Shown here in pieces: positions 31,123-42,569 of a DNA stretch of 64,000 nucleotides; positions within the stretch are counted from its first letter, which is position 1, and each line of letters opens with the position of its first letter. The notes beneath the pieces were generated by a model that searched no databases, was not told the origin of the DNA, and saw nothing but the letters and a program-made list of their open reading frames with translations. The DNA comes from Tubulanus polymorphus (lineage: Eukaryota > Animalia > Nemertea), in assembly GCF_964204645.1 (NCBI RefSeq), contig NC_134025.1, forward strand, positions 1,116,001 to 1,180,000, given 5' to 3'. The translations under genes and the position numbers were made by a program.

Positions 31123-31281
31123 TAAAGTGGAACCTTGTTATAACGATTTATTGGTTATTACAAACCAGCCTAGAATTTCATTCCAAAAAGAACAATTTCA
31201 TTATTGCATAAAATGACTATCGATTTTATCAAAGAAATTTTTCTGATGCCCTTAAGTTTGTTATAACGAGGTTCTGGTGTA
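31123..31281. mobile_element. Tc1/pogo-type MITE
   Basis: aagtggaaccttgttataacg ... gttataacgaggttctggtgta. Confidence 0.55.
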
Positions 31282-31318
31282 CTCGGAATTGAGAATATCA
31301 GTAACTTACCAGTTTTGT

Positions 31319-32625
31319 TCAAACATAAATGCCGACCCAGAGAAGGAGAAATAGAACTCCGAATCCCATAAATATTGAAGCTACTAATGAGACGATCAGT
31401 TCTTTAAAGATATCTCTAGTGAATTTAGTAGATGTGACTTCATATCTGTAAATAACATCTCAAGTGAAGGAATGATAATAACATTAGCTTTAAACAGAAT
31501 AAACTGGAGCTATGTTTCATCACTCTTTTAGTTTGACTGTAAAATCTATAACAGACTCGGATACTATTTTGAAGTCACGGGAGCTTCACACATTTGATAG
31601 ACTAATTCTACGGATACCAGGGTTTGTCAGACAGCCACAACCCCGGCCTGAGCGCCAACTATGAACTATAAATATACACTGCAAGAACTTTAATATACGC
31701 TATTGGAGCTGGAATTATCGCGGCTGCTGGCACCAGAATAACCTTTCAATGCATGGATCCTTGTATTGGGATTTGAAATATACTTATGGTTTTATCCATT
31801 CACTACACTATCATGAACTATCTAATGTGGCAAGCCCTGTGAGTGACTGACAATTGGATGAAGAAGTGTCATTATTGATTGAATTCTATAATCTGCAGCT
31901 GTTTGTTTTCTTGTTGATAAAAGGATACACAAAGAACCATGCCATAAAGAAAATTCCAATTCCTAATAAAACGACGGTAAGATGCGGGTAAACAGCAGGA
32001 TTAACCGGACTGATGTACCGGTGCATACCTTCGATCGTACTAGAAGCCTGAAATATATAAACAATTTGTTGAATTATGACGAATTACGATAATGCTATCT
32101 GTATAAATATCTGGGAAAACAGAATTCGGTGAAAGTGCAGATCTGCACCTCTCGTGATTGACGCAATCTGCTGAAGACAGAATCCAGGCTAAAATCTTTC
32201 TAGTGAAAATATCTTAAAATTAACCAAATGGCAATGTACTGAATTGCTGAATTTTGAGTCTGAAACATTGATATTTAATCGTAGACGTAATGGATTGAAC
32301 CGTTTACGCGGAGGGGTGCAGATCTGCACTTTTACCCAGAATTCTATTTATGAAGAACTGGTTCAGTGATCAGTGAATTGATTTTGGCAGTTCAATAAGT
32401 TTTCTCATCAACAAATTGATTGACGTCCCTGGGTTTCTGATGGGGACAATCGTTTGTTTTTACACAAAATACTCCTTAAATTCGTCAATTAAAATAAAAC
32501 GATTATTCTTAAACGATAATATAAATATGTTTCATTCTAATGGCTGCCCGTATTAAGTGCGATTTCGATGCGTTTAATCAAATAAAAGCGATTAAAAATA
32601 GTAAACAATCGTCAGCTCTTACCAT
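31319..32625 (-). CDS. TMEM258: oligosaccharyltransferase subunit TMEM258, 82 aa; exons 32625-32623 (ATG only), 32047-31929, 31445-31319; extra intron in the 3' UTR (donor 31309)
   Basis: [74 protein letters not shown]. Confidence 0.97.
31446..31928 (-). other. U12-type (minor spliceosome) GT-AG intron
   Basis: Donor GTATCCTTTT; branch-like TTCCTTCAC ~20 nt before the AG; no strong polypyrimidine tract. Confidence 0.88.
31655..31786 (-). pseudogene. degenerate 18S rRNA fragment
   Basis: Plus strand aactttaatatacgctattggagctggaattatcgcggctgctggcaccaga is the complement of the universal SSU GTGCCAGCAGCCGCGGTAATTCCAGCTCCAATAGCG segment (1 mismatch); flanks decay. Confidence 0.92.
32121..32345. 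mobile_element. MITE
   Basis: agaattcggtgaaagtgcagatctgcacctctc / gaggggtgcagatctgcacttttacccagaattct. Confidence 0.75.
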
Positions 32626-33349
32626 TTTGAAATTTACTTCCGCCTACTAGAGGAAGGAAGTACGTGTAAACACTGATACGGCTACTGACCGTTAGAGGGC
32701 TGCACCGGACGGGTGCACCAGAACAGTTCTAATGTGGCTTGAATTCATTTTTAGGCAGATAATTCTTAAGTAAAGCTTTAGCATTGGTGAAATTATAAGT
32801 TAAGAAATTCAATAGTGATGTTTGATGCATGAATTCGACTTGGGGAAAATGTTCACTTTTACTCGCATGCCACAGTAGGAAAACCGACTGCGCAAGTTTG
32901 TGACCGTCATGTGCTGCCGCTTGATATAACGATAGCGGCAAATGGGTGAACTAGCCCTTCACATACCTACTAGACAATAATGACAGTTCAACACCGATCA
33001 CTCTCAGAGATGATAAACATTCTTGATCACCGACCCTTAAACAACTGGCAATTTGTCCATCAAACAAAGTCAACCAAATATATCTAGATATACATACTTT
33101 TATTTTCTATATAATTCAACACAATATTAAAGTCTAAAGATGACAAATTCCAAAACACTGAATAACAATTCCACTATTTTCTTTTGGAGACAAAGTGAAT
33201 TTTGGCACAATAATTACAATAATCACAGTAAATACCGAAACCGTTTAACAATGGTGGACAGTAGGGCAATATTTGAATTAACACTGACTAGAGATGATAA
33301 AGTTTGGGGTCATACATCCTAAGATACAATATCCATATTCCAATGATTA

Positions 33350-33570
33350 GGCTAAACAAAAATGATACCTTGTTTCTCCGCAGCGGCCGGGTCATTTTTG
33401 TAAAATATGATAAAATTTATAAAAAGTTCATTTCTATAGCGGCCGGGTCTGTTATGGTAAAATTGGTCACGATTTTTAAAAAAAGTAATGTATAGGGTAG
33501 ATAGGCGGCCGGCAGGGTCAACATTTAAGCTCAGCAGAGCGGAGAAACAAGGTATCAATTTTTTTTGGCC
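33350..33570. mobile_element. Harbinger-type MITE with TTA target-site duplication
   Basis: ggctaaacaaaaatgataccttgtttctccgc / gcggagaaacaaggtatcaattttttttggcc; tta on both flanks. Confidence 0.82.
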
Positions 33571-33695
33571 TTAGAATGAACACCGGGAACGTACCATTCA
33601 AAATGGTCGAGACAATTATTGAATAATCAAATAAATGAATGCGATCGTTTAAGAGCGCCTAGCACCGAGTGAAGTGATCTGGATTACGAACTCAT

Positions 33696-36600
33696 CTAAA
33701 TAGAATTCAGTTGATATTTTTGAAGCCGAGATACGACAGCCACGACAAACCCAGCACCTCTTCCACTTCCATCTTCTGCTAATATCAACTTCGACTAGAA
33801 ATTAATAAATTCAATATGTCAATATTTTCTTCAACTGAAGAAATATTTCTAGTATTTTTAGATAAACATTTCTAAGACAGAAAACTTTTCAAATGACCAT
33901 GAAAAGAAATTCGAAATTACCTTAGTTTTAGGCACTAATCGATCTAATTCAGCTTGCATTAGATGTTTTAATGTTGGATGATACTCGTACAATGAACCAT
34001 CAACTGCTATCGTTACTTCAGGTTTCTTTACGTGATGCAGTAAAACTGATAAAGCTGAAGATAAACAATGGTTTCATAATTACAACTCATATATCAGATA
34101 CCGGTACTCAAATTCTCACGCCAGTCACTCTAAAGTTGGTTATACAGTCAACCCCTGATACAACGCAAACTCGCCTAATGACAAATTTCATCTGAGAAGG
34201 AACATCATTATTCTACTTTTGGATTTTCATCGAATTTAGCTCCCGATATACGGTCATTCTCTCTAATCGCAATGCAATTTTAATTGTCACTACGGCATCT
34301 GACTACTGTTTAAGTCTAACCAACTTTTGGGCAACTGGGCCCTAAAGCTGTCCTGTTTAATAATTACCGGTAGAAATGATTTTCGCAGCTCTGATTGTAA
34401 TTAATTCACTGATCAGGCGGACAGCAGCGACATCTGACGGCGAGGCATCTTCTAATAAACCTATTTCACGTAGAAATGCTTTAGTATTCTCCAAATTAAA
34501 CACATCCCTGAAATATGAAAATTACAGTGATTAATATCATACTCGAAATAATGTGCTGAATTTACTGGTCCCTGGACCCGGTTCCATAGTTCTCAATTAA
34601 TTTTCACTTTTAGACTTGAAATGAGCTTATTTCTGATGTTTTCACTCCTAGAGAACTGGATCCTCAAGTTATATATCTGTAACAAGGTTCCTTTAAAATC
34701 ATCTTGCCGAAAATCTTCAAGTATGAAAATATAACTGAACTACTTACTTTTCAATGTTAGAGACATGAGATGTTTTAACGGTTCCAACTTTACACAAAGC
34801 TTCCGTTTGTTTACCAGAAAATAACGATCCATTACTGGAGAATTTCACGAGATAATTACGCAGCAATTCACCGAGATATAAACCAGCGAATAACTTCTCA
34901 AAACTACATCAAAATATAATAATTACATCGATATTAAGCAAATGAGCTGTAAAATAATGATATCAAAAAAGTCAAACGCGATTGAATCGTGAATGTTATG
35001 ATGATCATTTTGTCGATGAATTCTCCAAATGATGGCTTACACTTATCAGTAAACTGAATTGGAAATACAAATTGGGATTCGAAGTAGTAAGTGATGACAT
35101 TTCCAAGTTTAAATTAACAATCTTCCACTTACGTAAAGGATCCAACATGATTCGAAGTTTTATCTACAAGACGATCGCAATCTGTTTTTAGAAAATCCAA
35201 TGATCCATTGTCTCCAAATGCACCCCATTCTATATCTATCAAAACCTTGAAATACGTAAATAAAGCAAATAATTCTAGTTCGTTTACAGATGACTGAAAT
35301 GATAGGATAACAGGTAATATATACAAATATATAAAGACATGCAATACCAAAAGCCAAGTGAAATATAATGTACTGAGGTGATAAAGTCTAGTCTACCCGG
35401 CTAATCTATTTAAGTCAAGAAAAGAGAAAGAAAAGAAATATAAACTAAATTCTAAAGAGATCTATTAAAACTGTGCACATATCTTACCATATTCTGTGAG
35501 AAAATTTGGAGAAAAAAACAATAATCAATTTGAGACATATTTCTTCATTTGAAACAATGTTACTGAGTACGATACAAAATTCATACCTTTTTTGGATCTT
35601 CGATAGGTTGTGTCCATTTATCAACATTCTCTAGGTGTTCTACGTAAGATGCATTACTCCCAGTTCCTGGAAATAATCAACAATCATTAAAGCATTTTAA
35701 ACGATATAAAGAATGAGCTATGTTCACGAACTCTGAATCAAAAATCTACCTAAAATGAGTCCAATTTGACAATGATGATCGATGTACGCTCCAGCCATTA
35801 ACGTACCAGTTGTATCGTTCAATATGGCCACTACTTCTACATTTATATCCTGAAATACATTTAATGATGAAACTGATTAAAATTCTTACCCAATCCGACT
35901 GCAATCAGGCATCTATGATCTATATAGCTACCAGTCATTAAAACACCGGTCACGTCATTCAATATCGCTACAATTTCCACATTTAAATCCTGCAAATTCA
36001 AAGTTGATTTTTCCCTGATTTCTGAATTCATTTTTTAACGATTGATCGAAGAGATTATGATTATTCTTACACCGCGTCTGTGTATCGCATCTTCCAGCAT
36101 CTTCACCGCATCCTCACCAACACCGTCCGGACATTTAAAACTTTTCGTCCAGGTGACGAGGATACCTTTCCTCAAACCTTCCTGAACCATCGGAAATGAG
36201 AATGTGAATCCTGAAATATCAATTCAAACATGTTTTATACGGAGAAGTGATCTCCCTCCTGGGTGTGAACGCACTCCATGAACGACTCCTTACTTACCAA
36301 GTGACATTTTCTTGTCTTTTATGTTTTCTTCTTCCAAAAACTTAGCAATACTTTCAGCCAAATGATCAAAAACCTGAAACACAAAAACTATTAGTTATGG
36401 TTTACTTTGAAAGTACCCAAGTAGCTAACACATTCCTCAATAGTTAAATCACCAAACCCTAAAAATTGAGACACCTACCCCAATAGCAGGTCCGTGCAGT
36501 TTTTCAGCAGAAACGTTATAATTCCTGGAAACGAATGATATCAATTTTCCAGCTCTCATGATCATACGCAACACGCGGAAATTAGTTCCTCCTAAATCTA

Positions 36601-37211
36601 ACGCTAAGAAATCACCGTCCTCTAAAAAACAGCGACAAATATCTGTTTAAAATGAAGAGAGACTCATAAAATCTACAGAGATTGAAATGAATAATTTACC
36701 AGTTCCGTCTAAAACATCTCTGACGTACGTATTCTCCATTTGTAACGAAGATTGTTTACGAGTTTTCTCATCACGACTCAAACCGTTTTTCATTTCTTCT
36801 TCCATAACTCTCATCATTCGATTCAACGTTTCATCATTCAGGTTTAACTCCTCATCCAGATCACTCACAATCTAAAAAAATACATCAATTAAACTCACTG
36901 TTAACCCGGGCTCAATATCATAGATCTAGAAGGTTAGATCATTTTTGTGAAAAGCCCAGGACCCGGTTTTATAGACTGGTATAAATTTTAACCCGGGGGC
37001 TCCCAGGTTTATGTTAATGCGAGTCTATAAAACTGGGCCCTGGACTTTTCACAAAAATGATTTAAACTCCTAGATCTAAATTGAGATAAACATGAATTAA
37101 TAAAGAAACAAACTCAATAATATAAGAATGTGTACTTACAGATTGAGATACACCGGTAATCAGTTCATCGATCGGTCCACAGTTTGAGTAATGCAGTAGA
37201 TGTGACATCAT
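33696..37211 (-). CDS. single-domain (~50-kDa type) hexokinase, multi-exon
   Basis: [87 protein letters not shown]. Confidence 0.96.
35890..35989 (-). other. duplicated alternative hexokinase exon A (paralog of exon B at 35849-35750)
   Basis: 100 nt, cag/gtaaga boundaries, open frame [33 protein letters not shown]. Confidence 0.85.
36911..37085. mobile_element. MITE flanked by inverted ends of a second MITE family
   Basis: tagatctagaaggttagatcatttttgtgaaaagc-CAG-[ggacccggttttatagact...agtctataaaactgggcc]-CTG-gacttttcacaaaaatgatttaaactcctagatcta. Confidence 0.7.
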
Positions 37212-37423
37212 TTACAGCTCTATAATGAATGTCAATATGTGTAAACTAATAATAATTGTTCGGTTTTTATGATATATTGAAACTACTGATCACATCCCAG
37301 CTTTCTATTTATCACCACACACACGACTGACTCTATTTATATAACACACTATTCTATAGTTTTTAGACAGAACTGTTTGATTTTATAAGTGTCAGTTCTG
37401 TCTCGGGTTTATCGTCAATATTT

Positions 37424-40400
37424 CTAAGCGTCGGTTGAATCAGGATCGTACATCGCGTGTAGATTCTGAACCGGTTTTTTCTCGTTCTCTTCGAGTACCG
37501 CATTCTCGTGCATCTCGTGTCTGTTAAACAGTAACGTACGGAATCCGATCTCGCTCATTCCTAAATCGCTTTGAACGAGTTTCGACCAATCGATCGGCAG
37601 ATTCTCGATGACTTCGTGATCGAATTTGAACGAACCGATCGCGTCGAAATGTTCCAACGGATTCATCGACGTTAGAATCGCCGGGCGAAAATCGGCGAAA
37701 CACGCGCCCGCGGGCTCGGCTGTATCCGGTAACGGGCTCGAGACATCGAACTGTTTCAATATCCACTCGATGTTATTTTTGACTAGGTTATAAATCTGTA
37801 CGAGTGAACTACTGCCTTCAGGTGATTTCAGAACGATATCCGATAACGAGATCGTGTATTGTTCACGGAAGTTCGCGGTCGCTCCGTCCAAAACGCTATC
37901 TTCACTCGTGTATAAATCTTTCTTCAAATACTGCACGACGTTTTCTAATTTATCGGCGATCCAATAACGATATTTCTTGAAGAAATCCGACGCCCGTCGC
38001 GGGATGTTTCCTTCGCGTCGTTTATTCAGCATGCTGATTACGAAATAAGAACATTCCGATAACATGATGAGATTCTCTTGAAACTGGCCGCGTATTTCAA
38101 CCCCGGTCATCGCCGAGATGTGACCCGGATTAGAGAGTATATCCCTCACACAACTACCGATCACCTGCAACCCGACACATTTATGCACATTGGCCATTCC
38201 TTTCTCGACTAATTTCTCTTGAATCGTTCTGAACAGCAGACACAACGGACCCGGTAGAGAATACATATCTTCAACAATCTGCACGACTAATGCTTGTAAA
38301 GCGTCGCCGATGACGTCGCGTTCAACTTTCTGATTTCGTAAATTCGAGCGAAACGAATCGGATCCGTGAAGCGGTTTACAGCCGCACGGTAGATCACCGA
38401 GGTGACTCCAGAACGGTTCAACAGTCGGTTTCTCTTCCGATAGTAGCGTTAATAACGCGGGTTCGATGATCCGCATGATGAATGGCTGTAGAGCGAGGTA
38501 GATCGCTTCTAACCAGGACGGCACCTGAACCGACCGTCCCGGGATACAGTTCACGTCGAACAACGACCAATCATTACTCTGTTCGATCACCGGGATTATA
38601 ACCTTAACGATCGCGTCGGGAGACATCGGTAACTTCATCAAAACGGTAACGAACGGAATGAAATAATTATAGATATCAGTTTCACGACGACATTGACAGC
38701 TCGTACCGGTACAACATAATAAACCACACGCTGAGGTGAATTCAACTTCTTCTTCCGAGTCGGAGTCCACGCTACTGATCAACGGTTGAATCCGTGTATT
38801 CAACAACATGATCGATAACGTATAATCCTTCATAACTAACGCCTCCAGTAACATGGCCCAGTTCGGTTCCGGCTGATCGACTAGTAATTTCAGCTGTAGA
38901 TATAAAGCGGTCGTCGTCTGAAGGTCATCTACGTCGGTCACGTCTTTACTGTAAATATTCGGTAGAACGGAGTTTAACCAATCGGTAGGCTTACCCACGG
39001 GTGGTTCCTCGGCGTCGGGGTCGTCGCTGTTCTCCCACGTTCGTTTCTTCAAATAGCCGCGTTTGTAGACTTTATAAACGACGTCTAGAGGCGAACAGAC
39101 GACGGCTAACACGCCGAGCAACGTCGTGCAACAATTATGAATAGAATAGTAGATATTGTCGTATTTGGTACAGTTGAGTAACCGCGTTACGGAGTTACAC
39201 GCCGGGTAGAGGAACTGAGACGTGCACAATAGAATCGTAGTTATATCTCGCTGGAGTTGTTTCGTGCGTCGATACGACGGTTTCACGCGACACAAACGAG
39301 CGGCGAAAACGTGCAGAGATTCGTGTAAAACTGTGCTGAACATACTCTGAGCGAGACGCGGCGGTCCGTTAAACCACAGGTCGTGCTGTAGAGATTTCAT
39401 GTGTAAATTCCACATCTGTACCGAGAACGAGCATCGTTCACCTTCGTAGAAATCTTTCAGATTGTTCCAATCGTGAGCGTGAGCGTCCTGTAAAATACAC
39501 GTACTCAATACGTGATTGTGATGTTCGACGATCTGTCGCGAGATCGACTCGACGAGTTCGCAGAATTGACGATACAACAACGTGAACAGTTTCTTACCGT
39601 TATCGACCTCGGTCGACAGCACTGTATCGTAGTGTAGGAGATGATTACGAATGAAGGCGGCACTGGCGAGCGCTATATACGAACATTCGTACGGTAATTT
39701 TCGATGCGTCGCGTCGACGCAGATTTTATTCAAACGCAGGTGACAATTTTTCAGTTGAAGCATCGAACATTCGGCGAAACTCGACCGCAACAAGTGAAAC
39801 ACGTTATCGACGCCGATAGCCGCTAGGGGGAGCAATCGGTCGAGCTGTCGGAATAATCTCGCGACGCTGCGTGAAATGAACCGAGGATAATCGAGTTTAC
39901 CTCCGTACATCGTCTCACAGATCTGCTCGGTCGCGACTGAGTTACGCTCTTCCATGCAGTTTAGTTCGTCTGCTAACGCGCAGGTGGCGGTGTCGGTGAT
40001 TATTTGCTCGAGTATTTTCGCGATTCCGGCCATCAGTTTACCGAGTATTGATCTCCACTGCCACTGCGGTTTATCGTGATGCGTTGATTTCTCGACGACT
40101 CTCAGAGACCCGGATGCCGAACTCGGCCGGTCCTCGATCGGATCCATATCCTCCATATTGTGCATCATCGCGTCTTGACGCATGAATATATTAGTCATGT
40201 GATCGTCCGAGTCGATTCCTCTACGCGGGGAAACCCCGGCACGCGATTCTTTCAGATTCGATTTCAGATGTTTTTTATCGGTCGGTTTGCCGGGCAGTAA
40301 TTCCCACGTCATGCGTCGGTACAAATTATCGATGTGACATTCGATCGCGAAGATCGAAAGGGTTAAATTCGTCAGAGTTTTCATGAACGCGCCGGCGACG

Positions 40401-41476
40401 TCCGTGTCGTCGTCCTGCGCGTAGTCGTCGTTCTGACCGCGGTACAGTAAACTGTCTAAACTCTTCGACTGCGCTTGTTTTAAAACGCTCGTCGACTGTT
40501 TCAGACTCGTCAGCAAACCGACTTCGCTTTTAGATGGAGTGAGGGTCTTCGGTTCGGATATTTCCGCAAGGGATTCCCTCGCGATGTCGACGATCCTCGT
40601 TAGTTTCTCCGAGATCTTCTCGAGGTAAATCTCGTGAAGCGCGTGAAACGTTTTCACCGCGTCGAATAAATCAGAATTCAACAGAACGAAGTCTTCATTA
40701 ATCATTCCGATAACGACCGTCGTTAAACGCTCGAACGTACGAGAAATCTCCGAGAAACTCTTCTCATTCCCGAGACTATCGACGAGCAGGTCGCCGAGGC
40801 AACGATCGACCTGTTGCGCTCGGATCGCGCGGTATCGGCTCCACACGACCTCGCTCGGATACAACGAACACAAACTCTGTAAATACCTCAGTCGTTTATT
40901 TGGCGCGTGATTGACGATAAAGTCGCCGGTTTCGAGCGGTAGTCGTTTCAAACGCTCGACGAAATAACGATTCAAACGCGAGCGAATCTCCGCCCAGAGT
41001 GAGGCTGTAACCTCTTCCTCGGTGTCGGTTACCGTGTTTATGGACAGCGTCGAATCGGACACGGTTTTCCCCGAACTCTCGGCGGATATCGGTGGCAGAA
41101 TCATTCCCTCATCGGACGAGAGCAGTAATAAATGATCGAGTATCGCTTCCTCACATCCCGGTGATTGTTTGTCTAATATCTGAATCACGTGACGCAGCAT
41201 TTTATTGATATCTTCGTGAACCGGTTCCCCGCAACCCGTATCTTCTATTACACGATTGTCTCTGATGAATTGGAAAGCTTCGATTGTCGTCTCGTGACTC
41301 TTACAGCCCGGGAAATACGTCGCTAACTGAGTAATATCACCGACTGACATCTCCAGCTGTTTCGTGTTCATATTCAGTTGATTATCCAGTTTTCTGATCA
41401 GTTCGTCGAGAGCTTCTTGACTCGGAATTCCGTCGTCCAACATCGTGCGTAAACACAGTCCGTATTCGGCAGCCAT
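37424..41476 (-). CDS. KIAA0825: KIAA0825-like protein, ~1350 aa, uninterrupted ORF
   Basis: ILQDAHAHDWNNLKDFYEGERCSFSVQMW and VKPSYRRTKQLQRDITTIL resemble the conserved KIAA0825 region; ATG in aaaATGG context; acceptor ttttcag ~50 nt upstream. Confidence 0.85.
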   Translation of the reverse strand: MAAEYGLCLRTMLDDGIPSQEALDELIRKLDNQLNMNTKQLEMSVGDITQLATYFPGCKSHETTIEAFQFIRDNRVIEDTGCGEPVHEDINKMLRHVIQILDKQSPGCEEAILDHLLLLSSDEGMILPPISAESSGKTVSDSTLSINTVTDTEEEVTASLWAEIRSRLNRYFVERLKRLPLETGDFIVNHAPNKRLRYLQSLCSLYPSEVVWSRYRAIRAQQVDRCLGDLLVDSLGNEKSFSEISRTFERLTTVVIGMINEDFVLLNSDLFDAVKTFHALHEIYLEKISEKLTRIVDIARESLAEISEPKTLTPSKSEVGLLTSLKQSTSVLKQAQSKSLDSLLYRGQNDDYAQDDDTDVAGAFMKTLTNLTLSIFAIECHIDNLYRRMTWELLPGKPTDKKHLKSNLKESRAGVSPRRGIDSDDHMTNIFMRQDAMMHNMEDMDPIEDRPSSASGSLRVVEKSTHHDKPQWQWRSILGKLMAGIAKILEQIITDTATCALADELNCMEERNSVATEQICETMYGGKLDYPRFISRSVARLFRQLDRLLPLAAIGVDNVFHLLRSSFAECSMLQLKNCHLRLNKICVDATHRKLPYECSYIALASAAFIRNHLLHYDTVLSTEVDNGKKLFTLLYRQFCELVESISRQIVEHHNHVLSTCILQDAHAHDWNNLKDFYEGERCSFSVQMWNLHMKSLQHDLWFNGPPRLAQSMFSTVLHESLHVFAARLCRVKPSYRRTKQLQRDITTILLCTSQFLYPACNSVTRLLNCTKYDNIYYSIHNCCTTLLGVLAVVCSPLDVVYKVYKRGYLKKRTWENSDDPDAEEPPVGKPTDWLNSVLPNIYSKDVTDVDDLQTTTALYLQLKLLVDQPEPNWAMLLEALVMKDYTLSIMLLNTRIQPLISSVDSDSEEEVEFTSACGLLCCTGTSCQCRRETDIYNYFIPFVTVLMKLPMSPDAIVKVIIPVIEQSNDWSLFDVNCIPGRSVQVPSWLEAIYLALQPFIMRIIEPALLTLLSEEKPTVEPFWSHLGDLPCGCKPLHGSDSFRSNLRNQKVERDVIGDALQALVVQIVEDMYSLPGPLCLLFRTIQEKLVEKGMANVHKCVGLQVIGSCVRDILSNPGHISAMTGVEIRGQFQENLIMLSECSYFVISMLNKRREGNIPRRASDFFKKYRYWIADKLENVVQYLKKDLYTSEDSVLDGATANFREQYTISLSDIVLKSPEGSSSLVQIYNLVKNNIEWILKQFDVSSPLPDTAEPAGACFADFRPAILTSMNPLEHFDAIGSFKFDHEVIENLPIDWSKLVQSDLGMSEIGFRTLLFNRHEMHENAVLEENEKKPVQNLHAMYDPDSTDA

Positions 41477-42231
41477 TTTGTTTTCAGTAATCAGCGCGCG
41501 CGTGACGCGTTTCAAGCGTAAATCACTGAAAAATGAAGAAGGTTCGATTCATTATGGCTGCACTAGTAATCCATGATTTACTGCTAACCTCCGATGTTAA
41601 AGTCTACTGCGTCCATGTTTCAATGATAAAATTAAGTAAAATCCCTCAATTCAAAAGAAAAACAACTCCATTACATTTACATAAGTTAATTATGTATTCA
41701 AAGTCGACTTTTAGTCATCTTTTGGAATACCGTAGCCTATAAGCCTACCATACTTCATAACTCATTGGACTAGTTATCTAATCTTAGGCTATAATTCACT
41801 GCTGGTCACTATAACCGCTTTGAGACTATTTTCCCTACTAAATGTAGGTACAGTATGTCTACAGCCGCAGTGCATATATTCCTAAATAATCCTGCTAAAT
41901 ATTGAACATCAATAAAACATCAAACACTGACTACAAAAACAAAGTACAGAAATTCCTGCAAAATGCTGTGCAATGTTGAGAAGAGTACAAGTTGCACAGC
42001 GGAACCCTCCCAAATCGTCTTTTGGGTGAGATGATCTTAAGATCTTAAATTCAATTGATGATTGACAAATGAGTAGAACATTAAATTGCAAATACGAATT
42101 GGATTCAAAAAGGGAAGACTTCAGTCGTTAATGATTAGATGAAAATTTTAACAGTTTGACGGTAAAACTATGTAGGTTAACAGTCAAACCATAAATAAAA
42201 AAAACCTCTAAAAATGTGCACAATTTTACAA

Positions 42232-42569
42232 CGCTGTGGCTACTCGTACGGAACTAGGATCTGTACGCTAATAACTGTCGCTGATTGGCCGATTAACGCC
42301 GCGCATGCGTACAGAGGTGCACGACTTAGAAAAATTAAGGAAAGTGTGGAGAGAGTAAGAGAAAAATAGCGGATAGAGCGAGACTCGAACCCGGGCCAGC
42401 AAATTACTAGCGCAGCATCGTACCACTAGACCACCGAGCTCGCTGACAGTCGGTCGAATGTTTTAACTACATGTAGCCTCACCTTACCCTAACCCTATCC
42501 CTTCCCGTGTGGGTGCGTACGAATAGCCTACGGAATTATTCGTACGGGTCCGTACGAGTAGCCACTTCG
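42232..42569. mobile_element. non-autonomous DNA transposon with 9-bp TSD and internal tRNA-like segment
   Basis: TIR cgctgtggctactcgtacgga / tccgtacgagtagccacttcg; attttacaa at 42223-42231 and 42570-42578. Confidence 0.8.

Noticed and set aside
31655-31786. Functional rRNA locus
   Set aside because: Only ~130 bp, mutated, inside an intron
42369-42440. Functional tRNA gene
   Set aside because: A and B boxes are present but the acceptor stem does not pair, and it lies inside a TIR element
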